Below, in pieces: positions 41,901 through 49,838 of a stretch of 49,838 bases of DNA (the first letter of the stretch is position 1; every line of letters starts with the position of its first letter). The translations under genes were made by a program, and so were the position numbers. Below the pieces are notes generated by a model. That model made no database searches. It was not told where the DNA came from and saw only the letters and a list, made by a program, of their open reading frames with translations. The DNA lies in IMG/VR virus record IMGVR_UViG_3300046477_000062, positions 118,548-168,385 of that record; one strand, written 5' to 3'. The DNA comes from a virus. Taxonomy: Duplodnaviria > Heunggongvirae > Uroviricota > Caudoviricetes.

Positions 41901-44900
41901 ACAACAGACGACCTCGATGACGATCCCGGATTCGACTGGTCTGGATCGCTACAAGAACGGCTTCATCGTGGACAGCTTCAATGGTCACGGTGTGGGTAAC
42001 ACTACGTCCCCTGACTACATGTGTTCCATCGACATGACCAACAATGTGTTGCGTCCGTTCTACTCGATGGAAAACGTGACCCTGTTCGAACAGAACACGA
42101 CTGATGCACAGCGCGCAACAGCGGGCTACCAAGTGACGGGCGATGTGGTGACACTGCCGTACTCGTCGGTCGCACTGGTGACGCAACCGTATGCTTCACG
42201 CACGGAGAATGTGAACCCGTTCGCGGTCTATGCATTCGTTGGTACGACTGATCTGAACCCGTCTTCGGACGAATGGTTTGACACGTATCAATTGCCTGAC
42301 ATCGTGACGAACGTGGACGGCAACTTCAATGCGGTGTATGCATTGGCGGCATCGACGGGTGTTCTGGGTACGGTGTGGAATGCTTGGCAGACCCAATGGT
42401 CGGGCGTGACGGCATCGTCAACGACTGTGATTGACTATGGTGTCCATACGCAGACATACACGGTAAATGGTGTTACCTACCAACGTGCGGCCACGGATGA
42501 TCAATACGGTTATGCGGGTGGTGCAGCGCGCGGTGTCGGTATGGCCCGTACTATCGTGCTGGAAACGGATGCAACGACGACTGGTTATTCACGCACCGGT
42601 ATCAACACGCAGATCGTGCCTCAGATCACCAACACGGTGACGGACGACAAGGTTGTGGCGCAAGCTGTGATCCCGTATATCCGTAGTCGCAATGTGTCGG
42701 TGGTTGCACGCGGTCTGAAGCCGAACAGCACGTTCTATCCGTTCTTTGACGGTACGAATGTTTCGGCCTATCTGACGCCTTCAATGGCAATCAGCTACAC
42801 GGCAATCAACGGTTACACATCAACGTTTGATTGGGAATCCAATGTGGGCGGATTGTCGGATGAAAGTTCGCGCACTATCGCGGGTAATTCGGACAACGCA
42901 CTGGATCGTGGTGACGTGATCTATGTGGCACAACGCGGTTCGAACAATTACACCCTGACGACTTCACCGGCTACGGCAGTGGTGGGTCTGCAATCGGTGC
43001 ATGGCGATGGTTCGTTGCAAATCCAAGTCCAGAATGCGAAGGGTACGTTCCAAGCTGGTGATGTGATTGCGGGTACGCTGTCTGGTTCGCGTGGCACGAT
43101 CAGCGTGACGCCTACGGTTCCGGTCAAGGGCGGCGCACTGGTGACGACCTTCAATGGCGATCTGGTTGCACTGTTCCAGATTCCGAACACGTCTGCGCTT
43201 CAGTTCCGTACTGGTACGCGTGTGTTCAAGCTGACGGATGATTCGGCCAATACTACGGATGCAACATCATCTTCATCAGTTTCATATTCGGCAACGGGTA
43301 TTCTGCAAACCAAGCAAGCCTACGTGACCTCGACACGTAACGCCCAAGTGGTGCAGACCCAAGTGTCGGATACGAAGACGGTGACGACGACTGCAACGCG
43401 TACTGTGTCGGATACTGGCTGGTGGGATCCATTGGCCCAGACGTTCCTTGTGCAGTCCACGGATGGCGCATTCCTCACTGAAGTTGATCTGTTCTTCCAA
43501 TCAAAGGACGCCAACATTCCGGTGCAGGTTGAAATCCGTGAAGTGGTCAATGGTTATCCGGGTGCAACGGTTCTGCCGTTCTCGCGGACGGTGCTGACCC
43601 CGGACAAGGTGAACATCTCGCAAGACGGTTCGGCGGCTACTACGTTCAAGTTCTCGGCCCCTGTGTACGTTCAGGACGCCACATCATATGCGCTGGTCGT
43701 GATGTCGGATTCGAACGGCTACAACGTGTGGATTTCGCAGCTTGGCGACAAGATGGTGAACTCCGACCGCTTCATCAGCGAACAGCCCTACGCGGGTGTG
43801 TTGTTCAAGTCACAGAATGCATCGACTTGGACTGCTGATCAGACGCAAGACTTGAAGTTCAATATCCGCCGCGCCTCGTTCGTGACGGGTCAGTACGGTG
43901 AAGTGGTGTTCCAGAATGATACCGTGACGTTGGATAACCTCCCGGCATCGGCATTCCAGACGACTTCAGGTTCCAAGATTGTGCGTGTGTTCCATGCCAA
44001 CCACGGTCTGCCGGTCAATTCGACGGTGGTGATCGCGGGTGTGACAGCGGCAGTCAACGGAATCCCGGCTGCACAGTTGAACGGTTCGTTCGTTGTAACC
44101 AATGTGGACTTTGATAGCTACACCATCACGGTCGCAACTACGGCGGCAACCTCGACGGGTTATGGCGGTAATGCGGGTGTCACGGCATCGGGCAACATTG
44201 GTTACGATTCGATCCAACCGGTGGTGCAGCAACAGACGTTTACGGATACGACCACATCGTGGTTCATCAAGACGACTAGCGGTAAGTCGCCGGAAGGTGC
44301 GGAAACCCCGTATCTCTTGGATACGACATACAGCCCGGTCACGGTGAATGACACGAACACGTTGTCCCGCACCTGTCTGGTCGCAACCCCGGCTAACCAG
44401 TCTGCATCGGTTCTCGCGGGTAGCAAATCGTTGTTCCTGAAAGGTCGGTTGTACTCAACGAATGATGCAGTATCCCCGTTCATTGACATGCATCGACTGT
44501 CGGCAATTCTGGTCCGTAACCGGGTCAATGCGCCGACCAGTGCTTCAACGAACGTCGCAGTGGTGGATGATCGTGTCGTGGCCTCGGCTAAGACGACGAT
44601 TGCCTTCAGTGGCAACACGATCACGACAGCGGATTCAACGACCCAAGCGTTGTTCCAGACTGTGGTGGTTGGTCACTACCTGAATGTGGCGGGTTCGGTA
44701 GCAGCGAACAATGGTGACTGGCTGGTGACGGCAGTGGCAAGCGATGGTTCAAGCATCACGACGAACGCAGCGTTTACCACGGCAGCAACGGGTGCAAGCA
44801 TCACGTTGACTTCTCGCGAAATGTTTGTGGACGAGATTGCCCCTGTAAATAGCACGACGATCAGTAAGTATGTGTCCAAGAAGGTCAACTTCGCCAACAC

Positions 44901-45195
44901 ATCCACTTACCTGCGTGTGCAACTGGCGGCAGCGGTTCCCCCGACTGCGAAGCTTTCGGTGTACTACAAGGCAAACCCGGCTGGATCGACAGCATCATTC
45001 GATTCACTTCCGTACACCTTGCTGGCCCCGGATTCGACTATCCCGTCAACGACGAGTAACACATTCACGGATGTGACCTATTCGTTGACCGGTATGGCGG
45101 CATTCGACGCGATCCAAGTCAAGCTGGTGATGCAATCTTCGGATACCTCACAAGTTCCGATGGTGAAAGACCTCCGCATCATTGCTTGTGCGTAA
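38953..45195 (+). CDS. Large virion structural protein, DUF4815/VrlC-like (2080 aa)
   Basis: NFNTAPYYDDYD..KKFYKVLFKPGYAVQARELTQIQ N-terminus; WWDPLAQTFLV; EQPYAGVLFKSQNASTW. Confidence 0.88.
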   Translation: MSAQIQNFNTAPYYDDYDETKKFYKVLFKPGYAVQARELTQIQTMLQQQIKRHGDNIFKDGSMVIPGGTSVDTSFPYVKVQNSYNNGAQVAYYTDQLVGAFVVGQTSGVRAQIIKVVHTNTVNPETLYVKYMNSGSDNQTKVFADNEALVPEDASLSSLGVQTVTSGSTGIGSAASVARGVYYISGFFCLVDAQTIVLDAYSNSPSYRVGLNVASTVVDSEDDESLLDNALGAFNYNAPGADRHSIELTLAALPVGSTNDANFVELFTVVDGVVQSKVDTSTYNVIADTMARRTYDESGDYTVTPFTLDVREHRSNNRGAWSANLAVLAGDIVTNGTNIYTAKIGGTTGTTAPSATTGDITDGTVTWNYTPKPSYNRGIYTAEQGGDATMLALGLEPGKAYVRGYEVSKVAIDYLTVPKARDTQYATNAKVASKVGNYILVTNVNGLPNIAQNATVTLYDQLNTSRGTANGSVVGTARVRAFEYDSGTAGTTSAVYKMSLFDITLNAGKNLGDNVKQFYINNGGAATNFTADIFPFLLINTGSITASGSTTVTGVGTLFQSELVVGDYITCAGGTKRVTAIASNVSLTVDSALTVTGSAFYTLGTVLNEPGNSPAIFQMPNYAIQTVRSNDGTIGTAYSIQQYFTQTTNGSGAITLAVSGGNDTFGSEAESTNYVCVDNTTGLIVAPTSIVRNGPLYTQATITFGATYATRSFTVIATVNRFGAGTEKTKTLTTATTTFSTAATAQLKTIGLPVADGYTLVSVMMDTGTFASPTGSYTKDITTNYSFFDGQTDSSYGQSTITLIDGSPVPVAPIRVTYQYFQHSVTGDYFTVNSYLSTMGYASIPSYNGVSLRDCIDFRSRIDNTGKNYTSTGAVVNGVPKRGVDISTNYTFYLPRKDKLALSIDGSFFDVKGVSSLTPSLPDDPTTAMVLFTISLDAYTFDTSSTSVSVTTIDNKRYTMRDIGKIDARVANLEYYTSLSLLEQQTTSMTIPDSTGLDRYKNGFIVDSFNGHGVGNTTSPDYMCSIDMTNNVLRPFYSMENVTLFEQNTTDAQRATAGYQVTGDVVTLPYSSVALVTQPYASRTENVNPFAVYAFVGTTDLNPSSDEWFDTYQLPDIVTNVDGNFNAVYALAASTGVLGTVWNAWQTQWSGVTASSTTVIDYGVHTQTYTVNGVTYQRAATDDQYGYAGGAARGVGMARTIVLETDATTTGYSRTGINTQIVPQITNTVTDDKVVAQAVIPYIRSRNVSVVARGLKPNSTFYPFFDGTNVSAYLTPSMAISYTAINGYTSTFDWESNVGGLSDESSRTIAGNSDNALDRGDVIYVAQRGSNNYTLTTSPATAVVGLQSVHGDGSLQIQVQNAKGTFQAGDVIAGTLSGSRGTISVTPTVPVKGGALVTTFNGDLVALFQIPNTSALQFRTGTRVFKLTDDSANTTDATSSSSVSYSATGILQTKQAYVTSTRNAQVVQTQVSDTKTVTTTATRTVSDTGWWDPLAQTFLVQSTDGAFLTEVDLFFQSKDANIPVQVEIREVVNGYPGATVLPFSRTVLTPDKVNISQDGSAATTFKFSAPVYVQDATSYALVVMSDSNGYNVWISQLGDKMVNSDRFISEQPYAGVLFKSQNASTWTADQTQDLKFNIRRASFVTGQYGEVVFQNDTVTLDNLPASAFQTTSGSKIVRVFHANHGLPVNSTVVIAGVTAAVNGIPAAQLNGSFVVTNVDFDSYTITVATTAATSTGYGGNAGVTASGNIGYDSIQPVVQQQTFTDTTTSWFIKTTSGKSPEGAETPYLLDTTYSPVTVNDTNTLSRTCLVATPANQSASVLAGSKSLFLKGRLYSTNDAVSPFIDMHRLSAILVRNRVNAPTSASTNVAVVDDRVVASAKTTIAFSGNTITTADSTTQALFQTVVVGHYLNVAGSVAANNGDWLVTAVASDGSSITTNAAFTTAATGASITLTSREMFVDEIAPVNSTTISKYVSKKVNFANTSTYLRVQLAAAVPPTAKLSVYYKANPAGSTASFDSLPYTLLAPDSTIPSTTSNTFTDVTYSLTGMAAFDAIQVKLVMQSSDTSQVPMVKDLRIIACA

Positions 45196-45215
45196 TCAAC
45201 CCTAAAGGAACCATC

Positions 45216-45443
45216 GTGACCGACTACGTAAAAGTCGAAGGTCACGATGGCCTTGTTCGAGACAGAAACAGCAAGGCCATCGTGAACATGAATCAAGCGG
45301 GCTATCAAGCCTACGTCGCCCAACGTGATGCCCTGATGCGTCGCCAGTCCCAGATTGACGAGAACACTCAGGACATTCGGGAACTGAAGCAAGACCTATC
45401 TGAAATTAAGCAATTGCTACAGATTCTTGTCCAAAAAGCGTGA
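45216..45443 (+). CDS. Small coiled-coil protein typical of T4-like neck regions (75 aa)
   Basis: AAGGA SD before GTG 45216; VEGHDGLVRD..SKAIVN...LKQDLSEIKQLL. Confidence 0.8.
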   Translation: MTDYVKVEGHDGLVRDRNSKAIVNMNQAGYQAYVAQRDALMRRQSQIDENTQDIRELKQDLSEIKQLLQILVQKA

Positions 45444-45499
45444 GTAGTCACGAAACGTGGACAAGGTACATTTTTGGACAGAAATAGTAAGGAGTACAA

Positions 45500-46243
45500 A
45501 TGAAGTTTGCATTCCACAAGGCACAGGACACACTGTTTGCCAAGCTGTGTAGCTGGAAGATGGAAGGCCCGTACACGCACGTTGAGGCGATGTTTGGTCC
45601 CGATCCGGTCGATCCCAAGCTGACGGTGTGTGGTAGTTCCAAGTTCACGGAAGGTGGTGTACGTCTCAAATCGTTGGACCTGTCGGATACGGTCAATACG
45701 TGGGACATCGTTGAAGTGCCGGGTATTGATGAAGAAAAGGCGCTGCAATGGTTCAAGGATCATGCGGGCGAACCGTATGACACGCGTGGCCTGATTCAAT
45801 TCATTACGTTCTTCCCGGTTGGTCACAATCCGAAGGGTTGGTTCTGTGATGAAGCGGTGCTGGCCTCAATTGGCATGGAAGATTCGTACCGGTTCGATCC
45901 GAACGGTATGGCACAAATCCTGAAGTTCCTCACCAAGTATCAGGCGGGCAACCTTCAGGCGGCAGTGGCAGTGATCGACAAGGGCGAACTGGACACAGTT
46001 GCTAAACCGGTCAACCCGATTGATGCGATCCAAGCTGAAGTCAACAAGGTGCTTCCGGCCATCGAGCAAGTCGCGCACACGGTTCAACTGGCTGCACCCT
46101 TGGCTGCGGTCATTCCCGGTGCTGCACCGGTTGTAGCGGCTGTGGAAGGCATTGCAACGGCAGTCGATAAGATTGCTGACAGTGCTCCCCAGATCAACGC
46201 GACCATTGATGCACTACAAGCCCTGAAAGCTGCACAGAAGTAA
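45500..46243 (+). CDS. Permuted papain-like (NlpC/P60 superfamily) amidase-like protein with Ala-rich helical tail
   Basis: His before Cys order: PYTHVE...GEPYD...GWFCDE; AAGGAG SD. Confidence 0.72.
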   Translation: MKFAFHKAQDTLFAKLCSWKMEGPYTHVEAMFGPDPVDPKLTVCGSSKFTEGGVRLKSLDLSDTVNTWDIVEVPGIDEEKALQWFKDHAGEPYDTRGLIQFITFFPVGHNPKGWFCDEAVLASIGMEDSYRFDPNGMAQILKFLTKYQAGNLQAAVAVIDKGELDTVAKPVNPIDAIQAEVNKVLPAIEQVAHTVQLAAPLAAVIPGAAPVVAAVEGIATAVDKIADSAPQINATIDALQALKAAQK

Positions 46244-46279
46244 CTCTCACCCGGCCATGTGATTTCACTCGGCCATGAT

Positions 46280-46304
46280 AGCCCTACCAAGTGTAGGGCT
46301 TTTT
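46280..46304 (+). terminator. Intrinsic terminator
   Basis: AGCCCTAC-CAAGT-GTAGGGCT followed by TTTT. Confidence 0.8.
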
Positions 46305-46333
46305 CATTTGTGGGGATTCTTTCTTCGTCAAGC

Positions 46334-46339
46334 TAAATA
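46334..46339 (+). promoter_or_regulatory. Late promoter
   Basis: GTCAAGCTAAATA upstream of gp13. Confidence 0.7.
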
Positions 46340-46372
46340 ATCGAATAACTGTCACTTTACAACGGGACCATC

Positions 46373-47137
46373 ATGGCACGTCCAAATTCATTTGACACAC
46401 TCTCAACTTACTGTCTGCAACAGTTGGGCGCACCGGTCATTCAGATTCACGTCGCACCTGAACAGATCGAAAACCGAATCGAAGATGCATTCGACTTCAT
46501 GCGCGAATTCCACGGTGATGCCGTTGAGCGCACCTACCTGAAGCATCAGGTGACACAGGACGACATTGACAACGGTTGGTTGCCAGTGGCCGATGGCGTG
46601 ACGGCAGTGCTGAACGTGTTCCCGATTACGGCGGGCGCGAACAGCAATAGTCAGTTCTCCGCTTCATATCAGATCAAGGTCAATGACATCTACTCGCTTC
46701 AGTATGCGTCTGGATCGTTGGCAACGGGTGGACTTTCCTATTATGAGGAAACCAAACAATATCTGAACATGATGGACGATATGTTCCTTGGTCAGCAACA
46801 GTTCCGCTTCAATGCCAAGGTCGGCAAGCTGTATATCGATATGGACTGGTCCGAGAACGTCAACGTTGGTGACTACATTCTGGTCGAATGTACGGTCGTA
46901 CTGGACGAGACGGTCTACACGGCGATCTACAACGACCGGATGCTGAAGAAGCTGGCCGTCGCCTATGTGAAGAAGCAATGGGGTAGCAACATGAAGCTGC
47001 ATGGCAACATCGTGCTTCCCGGTGGTATCACGATTCAGGGCCAACAGATTTACGATGAAGCGATGGAAGAAATCGAGAAGATCGAAGACCAGATTCGCGA
47101 CACGTATCAAGCGCCGCCGATGTTCCTTGTGGGGTAA
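46373..47137 (+). CDS. gp13: Neck protein gp13
   Basis: YCLQQLGAPVIQI..APEQIENRIEDA...KKQWGSNM...LPGGITIQGQQIYDEA. Confidence 0.93.
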   Translation: MARPNSFDTLSTYCLQQLGAPVIQIHVAPEQIENRIEDAFDFMREFHGDAVERTYLKHQVTQDDIDNGWLPVADGVTAVLNVFPITAGANSNSQFSASYQIKVNDIYSLQYASGSLATGGLSYYEETKQYLNMMDDMFLGQQQFRFNAKVGKLYIDMDWSENVNVGDYILVECTVVLDETVYTAIYNDRMLKKLAVAYVKKQWGSNMKLHGNIVLPGGITIQGQQIYDEAMEEIEKIEDQIRDTYQAPPMFLVG

Positions 47138-47143
47138 TCAATA

Positions 47144-47794
47144 ATGGCAGTCAATCAATATTTCCAAGCCGGTATCCCGGAAGCATTCAGTGCAACACAG
47201 GATTTGATCGAATCCCTGACCATTGAAGCCATTCAGATCGGTGGGATGAACGTTTATTATGTGCCGCGAACAATCGTCCAAGAGGACATCAATCCGGTCC
47301 TGACTGAAGACGTTCTGGCATCGTATGAGAATGCGTACCAGATTGAAGCCTATCTGGAAAACGCCACTGGATTCGAAGGTGATGGCGCGATGTTGTCAAA
47401 GTTCGGCATCGAGATTTCGGATTCCTGCACATTCGTCATGTCTCGCGCACGGTGGACACAGGAAGTCGGTAGTAAGCCCGGTTCCCGTCTGCCCCGTCCG
47501 ATTGAAGGCGACATCATCTATTTGCCACTGACCAAATCGTTCTTTGAAATCAAGCGGGTGAATGCCCAAAATCCGTTCTTCCAACTTGGCAAGCTGTACA
47601 CCTATCGTCTCGAATGCGAACTGTTCAACTTCTCGCATGAAGACTTCCTGACTGGTGTTGACGAAGTGGACGAGATTGCGCACGAAATCAACCTGCATGA
47701 TTTGGACGCTGGTTCCCAGAATGAAGTGTTTGATACCAAGAAGACCACGGTCCTCGATTTTGACGAATCGAATCCGTTCGGAGACATCCAGTAA
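47144..47794 (+). CDS. gp14: Neck protein gp14
   Basis: QDLIESLTIEAIQIGG.NVYYVPR...GFEGDG..LSKFG...EGDIIYLP...NPFFQLGK. Confidence 0.93.
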   Translation: MAVNQYFQAGIPEAFSATQDLIESLTIEAIQIGGMNVYYVPRTIVQEDINPVLTEDVLASYENAYQIEAYLENATGFEGDGAMLSKFGIEISDSCTFVMSRARWTQEVGSKPGSRLPRPIEGDIIYLPLTKSFFEIKRVNAQNPFFQLGKLYTYRLECELFNFSHEDFLTGVDEVDEIAHEINLHDLDAGSQNEVFDTKKTTVLDFDESNPFGDIQ

Positions 47795-48561
47795 TGCTGA
47801 ACAGTAGCCCCTACTACAACGGCACGACAGAGAAGGCCATTGTCGCCTTTGCCAACATGCTGAAGGATGTGTACATCATCCGCCAGAAGCAGGACGGCAC
47901 GATTGAGAAGACTGTTCGGGTTCCGGTGTCCTATGCTCCCAAGGAAAAGTTCTTGGCGCGGGAACAACAGCAACCGAACATCGACAACAGTACGGAAGAA
48001 CTGACGTTGCCCCGTCTGTCGTTCGAAATCACTGGTTTCCAACCGGATGCCAGTCGGCGTATGAACCCGATGCAGCAGCGCAAGGCGGTCGTGAGTGGAC
48101 AGACCAACAGTGTGTTCAACCCGGCCCCTTGGAACCTGACAGTGAGCCTGTACGCCATTGCCAAGTACCAGACTGATGCATTGCAGATGTTCGAACAGAT
48201 CGTGACCATCTTCAACCCGTCCTACATCGTGACGATGAAGGCCATGCCGCAACTGAACCTCACGGACGATGTACCGATCATTCTGGACACCGTGCAACAT
48301 GAGGACAACTATGACCAGAAGTTCCAAGAACGTCGCGTGGTGGTCTTCACGTTCAACTTCACGATCCAGTTGAACTACTTTGGTGGTGTGCAGCAGAACC
48401 GTGCCGTCATCAAACAGACTGAAGTCGATATTGTTAGTGGTACGACCGATCCTAGCCTCAGTCTGCCCTCACTGGAACTTATTAAGAACACGGTGTCACC
48501 ATCCTCGGCAAATGCAGGGGACACTTACACCGTGATTACAGAAATTGATGGATTCAACTAA
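47794..48561 (+). CDS. gp15: Tail sheath stabiliser/terminator gp15
   Basis: VRVPVSYAPKEKFLAR...LPRLSFEITG...EQIVTIFNPSY. Confidence 0.92.
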   Translation: MLNSSPYYNGTTEKAIVAFANMLKDVYIIRQKQDGTIEKTVRVPVSYAPKEKFLAREQQQPNIDNSTEELTLPRLSFEITGFQPDASRRMNPMQQRKAVVSGQTNSVFNPAPWNLTVSLYAIAKYQTDALQMFEQIVTIFNPSYIVTMKAMPQLNLTDDVPIILDTVQHEDNYDQKFQERRVVVFTFNFTIQLNYFGGVQQNRAVIKQTEVDIVSGTTDPSLSLPSLELIKNTVSPSSANAGDTYTVITEIDGFN

Positions 48562-48563
48562 TC

Positions 48564-49061
48564 ATGACTGACACTGCTGACAAGATGGTCAATGCGTTCC
48601 GCAATCTGGACGAAACATTTGGCCTTGAAAATGAAAACCAGTTGCCCGCCGTCCGGGAACCGCGTCAAGTGATCGTGGCCCCGGTGGTGGAAGATCGTCC
48701 TGTCAATACAGAAGATCAGGACAACGACATTGCGATTGCGCGTGAGACGTATCACCGTCTGATGACCAAGGCTGAAGATGCGCTGGATGACATCATGCAT
48801 CTGGCAAAACAGTCGGAACATCCGCGTGCCTTTGAAGTGGCGGGACAGATGATTGACAAGGTGACTAGCCTTGCCGACAAGCTTCTGGATATGCACAAGA
48901 AGGTGAAGGACATCAAGAAGCTGGACGAATCACCGCGTGAAGCTGCATTGAATGGTGCGAATGGTACAGGTACAACCAACATTGTGTTTACTGGTACGCC
49001 ACAGCAACTACTGGAAGCGATGACGGCGAAGGTGCCTCTGAAGGATGTGACAGACGTGTAA
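48564..49061 (+). CDS. gp16: Terminase small subunit gp16
   Basis: ARETYHRL...SEHPRAFEVAGQMI...LLDMHKK...NIVFTGTPQQLL; position after gp15. Confidence 0.88.
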   Translation: MTDTADKMVNAFRNLDETFGLENENQLPAVREPRQVIVAPVVEDRPVNTEDQDNDIAIARETYHRLMTKAEDALDDIMHLAKQSEHPRAFEVAGQMIDKVTSLADKLLDMHKKVKDIKKLDESPREAALNGANGTGTTNIVFTGTPQQLLEAMTAKVPLKDVTDV

Positions 49062-49083
49062 GGTTAGTGAAAGATCGATCATG

Positions 49084-49091
49084 TATAAATA
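49084..49091 (+). promoter_or_regulatory. Late promoter with exact T4 consensus
   Basis: TATAAATA upstream of the homing endonuclease. Confidence 0.75.
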
Positions 49092-49122
49092 GATGTATAA
49101 CTCCACAAAAGTATATTCATCT

Positions 49123-49806
49123 ATGTTCTCGATCTACAAAATCATTAATACAATCAACGATCTAGTCTACATCGGCTTCACTTCGAAGTCCCCGGCCAGT
49201 CGGTGGAACGACCACAAGGCGGTGTCCCGCAATCCAACCCGCCATGATCATCAGCTTCTACATCGAGCAATGCGGAAGCATGGTATCGACAAGTTCAAGT
49301 TTGAAGTTATTTACCAGTCTAAGGACAGTGACCATTGTGTCAACGAGATGGAACCGTACTTCATTGCACATTACAACTCGTTTGGTGATGGTGGTTACAA
49401 CCTCACTCCCGGTGGTGAGGCTTCGATGCTTGGTCGCAAGTTCACAGAGGAACACAAGGCCGCTATCGCCGCCGCATTGACCGGTAAGGTCAAACCGTAT
49501 ATGCAGATCGTCAACCGCGATCCTGAGAAGATCAGGAAGACGGCAGAGAAGCATCGTGGAACTAAGCGGTCGGATGAAACCAAGGCGAAGATGTCCGCTA
49601 TCCACAAGGGTAAGGTCATCTCCGAAGAACAGAAAGTGAAGTTGTCCAAAACGTGGATCGTCGTGTTTCCTGATGGTCACGAACAAACAGTCGTCAATCT
49701 GAACGCGTTCTGCAAAGAACATGGCCTCGATGTCGGCAACCTCAGTAACGTCGCGTATGGTCGCGCCAAATCACATAAGGGATTCCGTTGTAGGAAGTCA
49801 GAATAA
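49123..49806 (+). mobile_element. Free-standing GIY-YIG homing endonuclease gene with NUMOD3-like repeats (Seg-like)
   Basis: SIYKIINTINDLVYIGFT...RWNDH...E; basic repeats GRKFTEEHKAAI, GTKRSDETKAKMS, GKVISEEQKVKLS; C-terminal HTH-like LSNVAYGRAKSHKG. Start re-called to 49123. Confidence 0.9.
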
Positions 49807-49809
49807 TAA

Positions 49810-49838
49810 ATGGTCGCAAAACTCCAACTGCGTGACCA
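49810..49838 (+). CDS. Start of next ORF (truncated), plausibly terminase large subunit gp17
   Basis: ATG 3 nt after the endonuclease stop; identity from synteny only. Confidence 0.25.

Noticed and set aside
1-49838. Alternative genetic code (stop-codon reassignment)
   Set aside because: Core genes are full length and tightly packed under the standard code.

Overview
A 49.8 kb segment of a T4-like (non-T-even) myovirus genome covering the tail/baseplate-to-packaging module. The order is gp54, gp2, gp4, gp48, gp53, gp27-like hub, gp5, gp25, gp6, gp7, gp8, tail fibre plus chaperone, a DUF4815-type 2080-aa virion protein, gp13, gp14, gp15, gp16 and a GIY-YIG homing endonuclease, probably followed by gp17 at the window edge. 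Late genes carry TAAATA (gp55-type) promoters. Clusters of small early-type genes with sigma70-like promoters occupy 150-3600 (+) and two antisense islands (14.5-18.0 kb, 21.5-27.4 kb) that split the baseplate operon. The most unusual element is a tightly packed 4.5 kb cassette between gp48 and gp53. It holds five histidine-rich HEAT/LRV-type repeat paralogues sharing an N-terminal F-x-x-[KR]-[FYW]-G-[ST] motif, a mini-paralogue, a protein with possible prohead-protease sites and a thioredoxin. Other highlights: a gp5 needle with two predicted peptidoglycan hydrolases, a ~430 bp highly structured non-coding region after gp5 (candidate origin or ncRNA), an orientation-independent 9-bp box at early promoters, and domain insertions in gp7 and gp8. 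All family assignments come from recognising motifs by eye; no database search or folding program was run. No tRNA, rRNA or CRISPR array was recognised. Host is unknown; tail-fibre motifs weakly suggest Betaproteobacteria.
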